DNA from: Verrucomicrobiota bacterium | GTDB taxonomy: Bacteria; Verrucomicrobiota; Verrucomicrobiia; Chthoniobacterales; Chthoniobacteraceae | NCBI GenBank assembly: GCA_037133875.1 | Contig: JBAXNG010000005.1 | Location: forward strand, 117,486 to 181,485 | DNA length: 64,000 nt | Reading direction: 5' to 3' | Shown here: positions 54,545 through 64,000 of the stretch, piece by piece | Layout of the letters: each line of letters opens with the position of its first letter | How positions within the stretch are numbered: the first letter of the stretch is position 1 | The notes under the pieces: generated by a model | Seen by the model: only the letters and a program-made list of their open reading frames with translations | Databases searched by the model: none | Told to the model about the DNA's origin: nothing | Program-made: the position numbers and the translations under genes

Positions 54545-55804
54545 ATGGGCGAATCTTCCACTGCAACGTCGGACTCAACCGCTAAAGGCAAGTCCCCCCG
54601 GACGAGCGGGAAGTTAAAAGTCTCTCAGGAACCAACACTGGGCCACAAGCCAGCGCCTTTGCCAGCGCCGGTTTTGTCAGTGTCGGAGCCTGAGCCATTG
54701 TCTTCTGTTCCCGTGTCGGAGCACTCTGCTTGTCAGGGTGTGACACAGGAGGAGAATTTCGGGCCGTTACCAGCTACCTATCATCACGATACGCTGTTTT
54801 TGACTGCGCGTGATCCACGTTGGCTTTTCTCTTACTGGGATTTCGACTGGGATCGGATTCCGGCGGAGCAAATGCGTGAGGGGCGTCGTTCCTATTTCTT
54901 GCGTGTGATGCGCAACGGGGGGCAAGTAGAGACGCTTGTTGAAATTAACCCGGGAGCCCGCAATTGGTATATTCCTGTAACTCAGGCGGATACCTCTTAT
55001 AATTGTGAGCTGGGGTATTTTGACCGCATGGGGTATTGGCAGGGGATCGTACGCTCAGGAGAGGCGCACACGCCTGCGGACACGCTGGCCCCTGAAGCCG
55101 TCCACCATGAAAGCTTTGCGACTGTGCCGCAGCGTCTGACGTTTGCCAGACTCCAGGAGCTGGTTCAGCAACACATGGAGGATGGCGAGAGTCTGCTTGA
55201 ATCCATTGCTCGTATCACTGGGGATGGTCATATTCAGCTACGAGCTGGGGCTGTTCCGGTTTGGAGTGAAGACCAGAAGCGTCTTTTGGCGATGCTCTTG
55301 GGGGATTCGCTGATCGATGTGATGGCGTTGGGCTCAGATGAAATTGATCGGTTGTTGCGTAAAGCCTTGCAACAGAAACTTCACAGCGAGGCTGCGAGCG
55401 GTCTTTCTGGTCGTTTGGAGTCTGGTTTCGGGCCTTCCAGCATCAATCTTTCGAGCCTGACGAGTCCAATGGGAGCGAGTTGGAGTGCTCCGATTCCAGC
55501 AAGAGGGCGCAACTTCTTCATGCACCTGAATGCCGAAGTGATTTTTTACGGAGGGACTGCACCCGATGCGTCCGTTACGGTAAATGGTCAAGCGATTCAG
55601 CTGCAACCGGATGGATCATTTAGGTTCCACTTTACGCTGCCAGACGGAGACTTTGAGATCCCTGTGGTGGCGCGTTCTGCTGACGGAGTGGAGGAGCGCT
55701 CGGGCACGTTGAGTTTCCGTCGTGATACCCAACGGGTCGGAGAGGTGGGTTCGACTGAACAGCCCAAGCACTTGGAGCCCTTGATTGGGCGTCGTTCGGC
55801 TTAG
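54545..55804 (+). CDS. DUF4912 domain-containing protein
   Basis: ORF 54428-55804, ATG at 54545. [28 protein letters not shown] matches the recalled DUF4912 hallmark. Pro/Ser-rich N-terminal region. Confidence 0.65.
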   Translation: MGESSTATSDSTAKGKSPRTSGKLKVSQEPTLGHKPAPLPAPVLSVSEPEPLSSVPVSEHSACQGVTQEENFGPLPATYHHDTLFLTARDPRWLFSYWDFDWDRIPAEQMREGRRSYFLRVMRNGGQVETLVEINPGARNWYIPVTQADTSYNCELGYFDRMGYWQGIVRSGEAHTPADTLAPEAVHHESFATVPQRLTFARLQELVQQHMEDGESLLESIARITGDGHIQLRAGAVPVWSEDQKRLLAMLLGDSLIDVMALGSDEIDRLLRKALQQKLHSEAASGLSGRLESGFGPSSINLSSLTSPMGASWSAPIPARGRNFFMHLNAEVIFYGGTAPDASVTVNGQAIQLQPDGSFRFHFTLPDGDFEIPVVARSADGVEERSGTLSFRRDTQRVGEVGSTEQPKHLEPLIGRRSA

Positions 55805-55825
55805 GCGTGCTTAGTTTTAAATAGA

Positions 55826-55864
55826 AAGGCAGCTGCGTCCTTTGGGGCATGGCTGCCTTTTTTT
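55826..55864 (+). terminator. Rho-independent terminator downstream of the DUF4912 gene
   Basis: ggcagc (55828-55833) pairs with gctgcc (55852-55857), followed by T7 (55858-55864). Confidence 0.65.
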
Positions 55865-56015
55865 GTGGGCGATTTTATGGGGGATAGCTGCGCTAGGTGT
55901 TGTTTTTTGTCACACTGGTGTTTTTTATACACGCTGTATTGTTTTGCGCATTTAATCGGGTGTTTGTATAAGTTTGAAAACTGGTAACGATTGAAAAGTA
56001 GTAGTTTACGTGGAT

Positions 56016-56032
56016 TGGCATGTGCAGTGCTT
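56016..56032 (+). promoter_or_regulatory. Candidate sigma-54 (-24/-12) promoter of amtB-glnK
   Basis: TGGCATG-tgca-GTGCTT. The GG (56017-56018) and GC (56029-56030) have the canonical 12-nt register of TGGCACG-N4-TTGCW. It lies ~108 nt upstream of ATG 56140. Confidence 0.5.
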
Positions 56033-56139
56033 AAATGGTGTCCGTCGCTGAAAAGTCGGGTTTCCAACTTCAAGTGATTTGGTTCGGCCGCCCGGAGTTC
56101 CGGAACAGCCGGCCTTCCAAAAATAAACACACACACCTT

Positions 56140-57768
56140 ATGATAAAAGTTCCACGTATTCTCGCCGCCGCCGCCTTGGCTAGCGCCTTGGCTTTGGGGG
56201 GTTCGACAACATCGCTGATTGCCCAGGACGCAGCTCCGGCAGCCGCACCAGCGCCAGCAGCCGCAGCTGCTCCGGCCGCTGCAGCTCCGGCGGCACCTGA
56301 GGCGCCAAAAGTGCCAGAGGCCACGCTGGAACAGCGGGTGAATGCCATTGAGGCATACTTCCAGAACACGGATCCGAATGCGGCGTTTAAGGATCTGAAG
56401 ATTAAAAAGAAGACTGAATCCGGCGAAGAGGAAGTCTATCCGGACGGTTTCAAAGCCAACACCATCAACGTTGCTGGTGCCGGTCACAACGCATGGATGA
56501 TGACATCCTCTGCGCTTGTGTTGTTCATGACGCTGCCAGGTTTGGCTTTGTTCTACGGTGGTCTTGTTCGTAAAAAGAACGTCTTGAGCGTATTGGCTCA
56601 GTGCCTTGGATGCGCGGGTTTGGTGACCGTTCTGTGGTGGGCGTTCGGATACAGCTTGGTTTTCGGTAAGAGCTTCAATAGTCCTTACCTAGGCGGATCC
56701 GAATACTTCTTCATGAAGGGTGTCGATTCAGCTCCGAATACGGATTACTCCTACTGGGTTTCGCATAACGTCTTCTCGATGTATCAGTTGATGTTCGCGA
56801 TTATTACTCCCGGTCTGATCGTTGGAGCGATTGCTGAGCGTATGAAGTTCTCGGCAATTATGACATTCATCGGTGCATGGATGTTCCTCGTGTACTTCCC
56901 AATGGCGCACATGGTTTGGGGTGTTACAGGGTTGATGAATGGAGTTTGGAACAAGGATGCAGTGATTCCTGCAATCGATTTCGCCGGTGGAACAGTCGTT
57001 CACATGACTTCCGGTTGGAGTGCGTTGATCCTTTGTATGATCCTCGGCAAACGTCTTGGATTTGGAAAAGAAAAGATGGCACCTCACTCGATGGTCCTCT
57101 GTATGGTCGGTACTGGAATGCTGTGGGTTGGATGGTATGGATTTAACGCTGGATCCGCTCTTGCTGCGGACGGGATTGCTGCAAATGCATTCACCACCAC
57201 GACACTGGCTGCTGCTACAGCGTCCTTCGTTTGGGCGCTCATGGAACGTGTTCTGCGCGGTCATGCATCCATCCTCGGTTTCTGTTCGGGAGCCGTTGCA
57301 GGTCTAGTTGTGATTACACCTGCTTGCGGATTCGTTGGAACATCGGGCGCAATCCTGATCGGTATTTTGGCTGCGGTTGTGCCTTACATCTTCGTGATGC
57401 ATCTCAAAGCGAAGTTTGGTTATGACGATGCGTTGGATACTTTCGGAGTACACGCAGTGGGTGGGACTCTCGGTGCTATTCTGACAGGGTTCCTGGCTGA
57501 TAAAGCAGTTAACGCAAACCTTGATACTGCAGTTACTGCAGCGAAGAGCGCTAAGGAGCCAGGCAACGGTCTTGTCACCCTGGTTACGGATGGCGGATTG
57601 GTCGGTACACAGCTTCAGGCGATCGCTCTTACACTGGTGATTTCTATTGTAGCAACCGTGGTTATTGCGCTCGTGCTCAAGGCCGTGATGGGACTTCGCC
57701 CAACATCCGAAGTCGAAGATGCAGGTCTCGATATCAGCGAACACGGCGAAGAAGGTTACATCATCTAA
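56140..57768 (+). CDS. amtB: Ammonium transporter (Amt family) with N-terminal signal peptide and Ala/Pro-rich extension
   Basis: ORF 56035-57768, ATG at 56140. AWMMTSSALVLFMTLPGLALFYGG, FAGGTVVHMTSGWSAL, GVHAVGGTLGAILTG. Confidence 0.9.
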   Translation: MIKVPRILAAAALASALALGGSTTSLIAQDAAPAAAPAPAAAAAPAAAAPAAPEAPKVPEATLEQRVNAIEAYFQNTDPNAAFKDLKIKKKTESGEEEVYPDGFKANTINVAGAGHNAWMMTSSALVLFMTLPGLALFYGGLVRKKNVLSVLAQCLGCAGLVTVLWWAFGYSLVFGKSFNSPYLGGSEYFFMKGVDSAPNTDYSYWVSHNVFSMYQLMFAIITPGLIVGAIAERMKFSAIMTFIGAWMFLVYFPMAHMVWGVTGLMNGVWNKDAVIPAIDFAGGTVVHMTSGWSALILCMILGKRLGFGKEKMAPHSMVLCMVGTGMLWVGWYGFNAGSALAADGIAANAFTTTTLAAATASFVWALMERVLRGHASILGFCSGAVAGLVVITPACGFVGTSGAILIGILAAVVPYIFVMHLKAKFGYDDALDTFGVHAVGGTLGAILTGFLADKAVNANLDTAVTAAKSAKEPGNGLVTLVTDGGLVGTQLQAIALTLVISIVATVVIALVLKAVMGLRPTSEVEDAGLDISEHGEEGYII

Positions 57769-57839
57769 TTACGGCTTAAGAAAACCCCAAAGCCCCGGTC
57801 AAGTTTCTCGATTGAGATGCGAAACCGGGGTACTTCTAA

Positions 57840-58190
<351 letters not shown>

Positions 58191-58212
58191 TCCGTTTTAA
58201 GCTAAGTTGAAA

Positions 58213-58258
58213 AACAGCCAGTGGCGGGGAAATCCCTGTCACTGGCTGTTTTGTTTTT
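58213..58258. terminator. Bidirectional rho-independent terminator between convergent glnK and leuB
   Basis: aacagccagtg (58213-58223) pairs with cactggctgtt (58240-58250), with an inner ggga/tccc pairing. T-rich on the plus side (ttttgttttt) and an A-run on the 5' side that gives a U tract for the minus strand. Confidence 0.7.
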
Positions 58259-58303
58259 CAGCGGTTCAGCCCTCGATGAATCGAGGGCTGTCACTGCAGA
58301 ATG

Positions 58304-59452
<1,149 letters not shown>

Positions 59453-59578
59453 TCAGAGAAAAGGGCTGCCTTTTTGATTTCTCTTTTCGCACCCTCTTCG
59501 CGGTTTAGCTAACCCAAGGTTTTAGGACCTCACATTCCGGTCTGTTCAGTCTGTGATTTCCCGTCAAAAATCCCTCCC

Positions 59579-60373
59579 ATGCGCCCCTACCTCGACCTCC
59601 TTAGACTCGTTCTCGAGAATGGACACACGAAGTCCGATCGAACTGGTACTGGAACGATATCTGTTTTTGGAGCCCAGGCGCGTTACAATCTCGGGGACGG
59701 ATTCCCGTTGCTTACGACGAAGAAGCTCCATCTTAAGAGTATCATTCATGAGTTGTTATGGTTTTTGAGAGGGGACACCAATGTGCGCTCCTTACAAGAG
59801 GTTGGAGTGACGATTTGGGACGAATGGGCGGCCGAGAATGGTGATTTAGGCCGGGTTTATGGCGCTCAGTGGACGGATTGGCGCACTAGCGATGGTCGTT
59901 CGATCAACCAAATTGCTGATGTTATTGCTCAAATTCGTTCCAATCCGGATAGCCGTCGATTGATTGTTTCGGCCTGGAACCCAGGGGAGCTGCATTTGAT
60001 GGCGCTTCCTCCTTGTCACACCTTGTTTCAGTTTTACGTCGCGGATGGCCGGTTGAGTTGTCAGCTTTATCAACGCAGCGCGGATTTGTTTTTAGGAGTG
60101 CCATTTAACTTGGCGTCTTATGCGCTTTTAACATTGATGGTGGCCCAAGTTTGCGGGCTTCAGCCGGGTGATTTTGTGCACACCTTCGGGGATCTTCACC
60201 TTTACACCAATCACTTGGAGCAAGCTCGGTTACAGCTTTCTCGTGAACCTCGCCCGCTTCCCAAAATGCGAATGAATCCGGAGGTTACGGAAATAACCGG
60301 CTTCCGGTATGAGGATTTCGTATTGGAGGGATACGATCCCTATCCCGGTATTAAGGCGCCGATCGCAGTTTAA
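59579..60373 (+). CDS. thyA: Thymidylate synthase
   Basis: [52 protein letters not shown]. Confidence 0.95.
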   Translation: MRPYLDLLRLVLENGHTKSDRTGTGTISVFGAQARYNLGDGFPLLTTKKLHLKSIIHELLWFLRGDTNVRSLQEVGVTIWDEWAAENGDLGRVYGAQWTDWRTSDGRSINQIADVIAQIRSNPDSRRLIVSAWNPGELHLMALPPCHTLFQFYVADGRLSCQLYQRSADLFLGVPFNLASYALLTLMVAQVCGLQPGDFVHTFGDLHLYTNHLEQARLQLSREPRPLPKMRMNPEVTEITGFRYEDFVLEGYDPYPGIKAPIAV

Positions 60374-60383
60374 TTCGTTGTTC

Positions 60384-60863
60384 ATGAAGGCTATTGCAGC
60401 GATGGCTCGGAATCGGGTGATTGGGATGAATGGGGATATCCCGTGGCATCTGCCGGAGGATTTTCGGTGGTTCAAGAAAATGACGATGGGCGGAACGGTC
60501 GTCATGGGGCGGAAAACGTTTGAGAGCTTGGGAAAACCGTTGCCCAATCGGCGTAATATCGTCTTGTCGCGGCATGCCTCAGTGGAAGGGGTGCCGGTGG
60601 TTCGGGATTTGGAGGAGTTAAAGGGGCTCCTCGGCGATGATTCGAATGTGTGGATTATTGGCGGGGCTGAAATCTACGCGCAGACGTTGCCAATGTGTAC
60701 GGATCTGTATCTAAGCCTTGTAGATATGGAACCTGCTGGAGACGCATTTTTCCCGGATTTTGAAGGAATCTTTGAGTGTCTGGGAACGGTCGAAGAGAAG
60801 CCCGGATTTGTGGTACTTCACTATCGAAACCGGGAGTGTGCCGAATCTGGCTCGAAACTTTAG
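60384..60863 (+). CDS. folA: Dihydrofolate reductase
   Basis: ORF 60309-60863; ATG 60384 lies 10 nt after the thyA stop. IAAMARNRVIGMNGDIPWHLPEDFRWFKKMTMG, VVMGRKTFESLG, WIIGGAEIY. Confidence 0.9.
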   Translation: MKAIAAMARNRVIGMNGDIPWHLPEDFRWFKKMTMGGTVVMGRKTFESLGKPLPNRRNIVLSRHASVEGVPVVRDLEELKGLLGDDSNVWIIGGAEIYAQTLPMCTDLYLSLVDMEPAGDAFFPDFEGIFECLGTVEEKPGFVVLHYRNRECAESGSKL

Positions 60864-61049
60864 AGGACGTTACGTCCGGATGGAGGCCTTCAGCCGACTC
60901 TAATATAGAGAGGGTTCATATGCCGGCGCGTCTGGATGGTCTCTCGGGTGAGCTTATGGAGGGGCTTGGGGTTGTGAGCGGGGAAGACGTAAAACTTGAA
61001 GGTGCGCCGGGGAAGTTCGGGTGTGGGGTACGAGGAAAATGGGGGCGTT

Positions 61050-62429
61050 ATGTATTCTTATCGACTGAATGGGGGATTGTTGGTTCTGGCTGGCATAGAG
61101 CTAATGGCCATTGGAGTGTTTTTGTGTGTGGCTGAGTTTACCCGCGTGGCCTTGGTCCTTGATGGCAGTGTGCCGCGACCTTGGCACATGTGGTTACCTT
61201 GGGCGTTGGGTATTCTCTGGGAGGTTGCGTGGTGTTCGGCAGCAAAACGACCCATGCAAACATCGGTTCGTTCCGCGACTGCCAGAAGCGTTACCGCTTC
61301 GATTGTTCCCGGCGTGATTTGGGGAAGCTGGGGAGCTTTGCTCGGGGCGTCTGGGTGGTTGTCAGCGTTGTGGGTCTCGTGTTTTTTGTTGTTGCTGCTT
61401 TTGCACTGGATGCTTCCCGGTGTGATATTGAAGGCGTTTTTTTCCGGTCAAAATATTCAGCGGACTGTTTTGGTTGGGGCGGCATCCCAGACTTCCCGTC
61501 TCCAAAGTGTTTTGCAGTCTCATGGTAACTTGGGAATCATTCCCGTTGGCTGGCTGGCTGGGGACGAAGAGTGTGATGATATCGACGGTATTCCTCGCTG
61601 GGGGCATGTGCAGGAGCTGGAAGATGTGGTGAAAAGGGAGGGGGTGCAGCAGGTAATCCTGGCCGGATCTCCTCCAATTGGCGTGTGTCCGAATTTGTTG
61701 GCATCAACCTGCGAGCGGCTCGGGATTCGGCTGACGGTAGCGCATGAACTTCAGTTTGGTTTCGCGCGGGATGTGGATTGGCAAACCAACGGAGACTGGT
61801 GTGTCGCGGCATTTTATCGCGAGCCGCTCCAGAGTCCTATCAACAGGTGCACCAAACGGGCATTTGATATCCTAGTATCTGTTCCTGCTCTGGTATTTGC
61901 ACTGATACCCCTCCTGGTGGTGACGAAGCTGGCTCAAATGCTCCAGTCTCCCGGCCCCTTATTCTGCCGTCAGTGGCGTCATGGACGGGATAATCGTCCC
62001 TTCCGAATTTGGAAGCTGCGTACCATGCACACCGACGTCACCAACGTCTCCAAACAAGCGGTTAAAGGAGATAGACGCGTGTACCCGTTTGGGCGCCGTT
62101 TACGGAAGCACAGTCTGGATGAATTACCGCAGTTTATAAACGTTCTCCTTGGAGACATGAGCGTGGTTGGGCCTCGGCCTCATCTTACCGAGCACACGAG
62201 CGAGTTCAGTGTGCAGAGGCGCTATCAAATCCGGAGTTTTGTGAAACCCGGGATCACTGGTCTCGCTCAGGTCAGTGGGTGTAGGGGAGAGGTCTGTTGT
62301 CCGCAAGACTTGGAAAGAAGAGTCGATTTTGACATCCGCTACGTAGAGACGTGGTCGCTGCTCTTGGACCTGAAAATAATGATACGAACGGTTCGCGAGG
62401 TGATCCATCCATCGGAGGCAGCCTACTAG
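61050..62429 (+). CDS. Polyprenyl-phosphate hexose-1-phosphate transferase (WbaP/bacterial sugar transferase family)
   Basis: ORF 60996-62429, ATG at 61050. N-terminal TM helices. C-terminal KRAFDILVSVPALV..., PGPLFCRQWRHG, RIWKLRTMH, DELPQFINVLLGDMSVVGPRP. Confidence 0.8.
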   Translation: MYSYRLNGGLLVLAGIELMAIGVFLCVAEFTRVALVLDGSVPRPWHMWLPWALGILWEVAWCSAAKRPMQTSVRSATARSVTASIVPGVIWGSWGALLGASGWLSALWVSCFLLLLLLHWMLPGVILKAFFSGQNIQRTVLVGAASQTSRLQSVLQSHGNLGIIPVGWLAGDEECDDIDGIPRWGHVQELEDVVKREGVQQVILAGSPPIGVCPNLLASTCERLGIRLTVAHELQFGFARDVDWQTNGDWCVAAFYREPLQSPINRCTKRAFDILVSVPALVFALIPLLVVTKLAQMLQSPGPLFCRQWRHGRDNRPFRIWKLRTMHTDVTNVSKQAVKGDRRVYPFGRRLRKHSLDELPQFINVLLGDMSVVGPRPHLTEHTSEFSVQRRYQIRSFVKPGITGLAQVSGCRGEVCCPQDLERRVDFDIRYVETWSLLLDLKIMIRTVREVIHPSEAAY

Positions 62430-62540
62430 GCGCGATTCACTCAGGTCGGCTGATAGGCAGTAAAACGACCAAGGACGGATCTGGCTCCGATTCTAGAGGA
62501 GGGACAGAAGAGGTGTAGTAATGCGGTGTCTATAGGAATT

Positions 62541-63419
62541 ATGAGTGTTACCCAAATCGAACAAGCACTAATAGTGGAGGATGCCGTAAGCGATTCTGAG
62601 TCGCCGATAATGAGGATACGGGCGGTTCGGCCTTGGATGTGGAGTGACGTTAAAGAGTTGTGGGATTATAGAGATTTATTATCGACGTTGGCTATGCGTG
62701 ATCTGAAATTGCGTTATAGGCAAACTGCATTAGGTGTTCTGTGGGTTTTGTTCCAGCCACTGGCAGGGGCGGGTATTTTTTCAATTGTATTCGGTCGGGT
62801 GGCAGGTTTGTCAGGAGAGGGGTATTCGTATTTTATTTTTTCTCTATCAGGATTGCTGGTGTGGAACGCATTTCAATCCACTCTTTCCAAAGCAAGTACT
62901 GTTCTGATTAGTAATGGTGCGTTAGTCTCGAAGGTGTATTTTCCGAGGTTGTTACTTCCATTGTCGACGTTGTTGTCAACGCTTGTTGATTTTTTAGTCG
63001 GGTTATGTGCGTTTGTGGTTATTGCTCTCTCGAGCGGCTGGATGCCAACATGGACGGTTTTGCAGCTGCCATTGTGGCTTGGATTGAGCTTGGGTATGGC
63101 GGTTGGTTCAGGTTTGATTGCGGCGTCCTTAATGACACGATTTAGGGATGTGCAGCATGTCTTGCCTATGCTGCTGCCATTTTTAATGTATGCAACACCG
63201 GTTGCGTACGGGATGACGGCTGTTCCTGCGGATTATAAGAATTTGTTTGATTTCAACCCGATGGCCTGGGTGGTTGAGGGAGCGAGAAATGCATTCTTGG
63301 GCCGTGCGTTTGTTCCGTTGGGGTGGTTTGTGTACGCAATTGCTTTTACACTGTTAGTTCTGGTGCTCGGCGTAGTGTGTTTTCGTAGAATGGAAAGGAA
63401 TCTGGCAGATGTACTCTGA
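62541..63419 (+). CDS. ABC-2 type polysaccharide/O-antigen export permease (Wzm/TagG/KpsM-like)
   Basis: ORF 62526-63419. [25 protein letters not shown] followed by six hydrophobic helices. Confidence 0.8.
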   Translation: MSVTQIEQALIVEDAVSDSESPIMRIRAVRPWMWSDVKELWDYRDLLSTLAMRDLKLRYRQTALGVLWVLFQPLAGAGIFSIVFGRVAGLSGEGYSYFIFSLSGLLVWNAFQSTLSKASTVLISNGALVSKVYFPRLLLPLSTLLSTLVDFLVGLCAFVVIALSSGWMPTWTVLQLPLWLGLSLGMAVGSGLIAASLMTRFRDVQHVLPMLLPFLMYATPVAYGMTAVPADYKNLFDFNPMAWVVEGARNAFLGRAFVPLGWFVYAIAFTLLVLVLGVVCFRRMERNLADVL

Positions 63420-64000
63420 TAATAACAACGCGATAGTGGTTGATAAGTTGTCTAAGGTGTATCGAGTTGCGGGTAAAAAAGAGCGATTTTGGCACAGAAG
63501 TCGTTATAAGCCATTCGTGGCGTTGGATAGTGTGTCCTTAACAGTACAAAAAGGTGAACTGGTTGGGGTGATAGGTCGTAATGGAGCTGGTAAGAGTACG
63601 TTGCTGAAGGTGTTGACGAGGATAACACCACCGTCTGAAGGGGGGGCCGAGTTGTATGGGCGGGTTGGGAGTTTGTTGGAAGTGGGTACTGGATTTCATC
63701 CGGAACTCACAGGGCGCGAAAATATTTATCTCAATGGATCTATATTGGGGATGCGTCGATCTGAAATTAGAGCGCAGTTCGACGCTATTGTTGCGTTTGC
63801 GGGAGTGGAGCGATTTTTGGATACCCCTGTAAAGCGATATTCAAGTGGTATGTATGTGCGATTAGCATTTGCGGTTGCGGCGCATTTGAGGTCTGAAATT
63901 TTATTGGTGGACGAGGTGCTCGCAGTTGGGGATGTGGAGTTTCAACGGCATTGTTTGGGTAAAATCAAAGAGGTTGCGGGTAGCGGGCGTACTGTGATGT
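63409..64000 (+). CDS. ABC polysaccharide export ATP-binding protein (Wzt/TagH-like), 3'-truncated by window edge
   Basis: Not in the ORF track because no stop lies inside the window. My own translation from ATG 63409 gives [18 protein letters not shown]...[15 protein letters not shown] (Walker A), [12 protein letters not shown] (signature) and [11 protein letters not shown] (Walker B). It overlaps the permease stop by 11 nt. Confidence 0.85.
   Translation, partial: MYSDNNNAIVVDKLSKVYRVAGKKERFWHRSRYKPFVALDSVSLTVQKGELVGVIGRNGAGKSTLLKVLTRITPPSEGGAELYGRVGSLLEVGTGFHPELTGRENIYLNGSILGMRRSEIRAQFDAIVAFAGVERFLDTPVKRYSSGMYVRLAFAVAAHLRSEILLVDEVLAVGDVEFQRHCLGKIKEVAGSGRTVM

Noticed and set aside
53614-54591. 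N-terminal extensions in the ORF track. Examples: hisF from 54591, hldC from 2610, cdaA from 4854, cysI from 31908, amtB from 56035, lepA from 21115, folA from 60309
   Set aside because: The family-conserved N-termini or signal peptides begin at internal ATGs. The upstream segments are non-homologous, overlap neighbouring genes, or would remove a plausible promoter or leader.
55865-56139. Glutamine (glnA-type) riboswitch in the amtB leader; guanidine/ykkC, c-di-AMP (ydaO) or SAM riboswitches at 7045-7260 and 31808-32021
   Set aside because: I could not find the conserved core sequences of these classes by eye. A covariance-model search would be needed, and nothing is claimed.
56227-56310. 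GC-rich GCAGC/GCCGC repetitive DNA as a non-coding repeat element
   Set aside because: It is in frame within amtB and encodes an Ala/Pro-rich linker (AAPAAAPAPAAAAAPAAAAPAAPEAP). This is low-complexity coding sequence, not a separate element.

Overview
This 64-kb chromosomal segment reads like a PVC-superphylum genome, probably Verrucomicrobiota. That placement is inferred from the gene families present, not computed. About 50 tightly packed CDS lie on both strands, and most are core functions.

Recognised core genes:
- Envelope and lipid: L,D-transpeptidase, prc, hldC, cdsA, bamA-skp-lpxD, and a polysaccharide export cluster running off the 3' edge (WbaP-like transferase, ABC-2 permease, ATPase).
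- Folate and nucleotide: purN, folP, thyA-folA.
- Isoprenoid and quinone: dxr, mqnC-like.
- Nitrogen, sulfur and amino acids: gltB with a divergent Lrp-type regulator, cysI, hisF, leuB, amtB-glnK.
- Other: cdaA, lepA, ychF.

I saw no rRNA, tRNA, CRISPR array, transposase, integrase or prophage gene by eye.

Non-routine content:
1. A ~12-kb locus (38.9-50.7 kb) carries two complete 'giant heme-c/PSD protein + TAT-exported partner' pairs (DUF1549/DUF1553+DUF1501 and DUF1592-family+DUF1552). It also holds a PAS-AraC regulator, a coiled-coil membrane protein, a lipoprotein and a di-heme cytochrome c. To my knowledge this module has no established function.
2. A tandem pair of equal-length Deg-type proteases, in which one copy has lost all three catalytic residues.
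3. Two back-to-back SAM methyltransferases, followed by an orphan promoter/terminator-bounded structured region, a small ORF and an EamA exporter.
4. A perfect 10-bp x4.7 tandem repeat between a GIY-YIG gene and a DUF3516-type helicase.
5. A sigma-54-type promoter with 21-bp-phased upstream repeats in front of amtB-glnK.
6. A GH57 branching-enzyme gene that overlaps the start of a secreted FlgD-Ig-like protein gene, with a DUF4912 gene nearby.

All product calls come from motif recognition in the supplied translations. No database search or folding computation was run.
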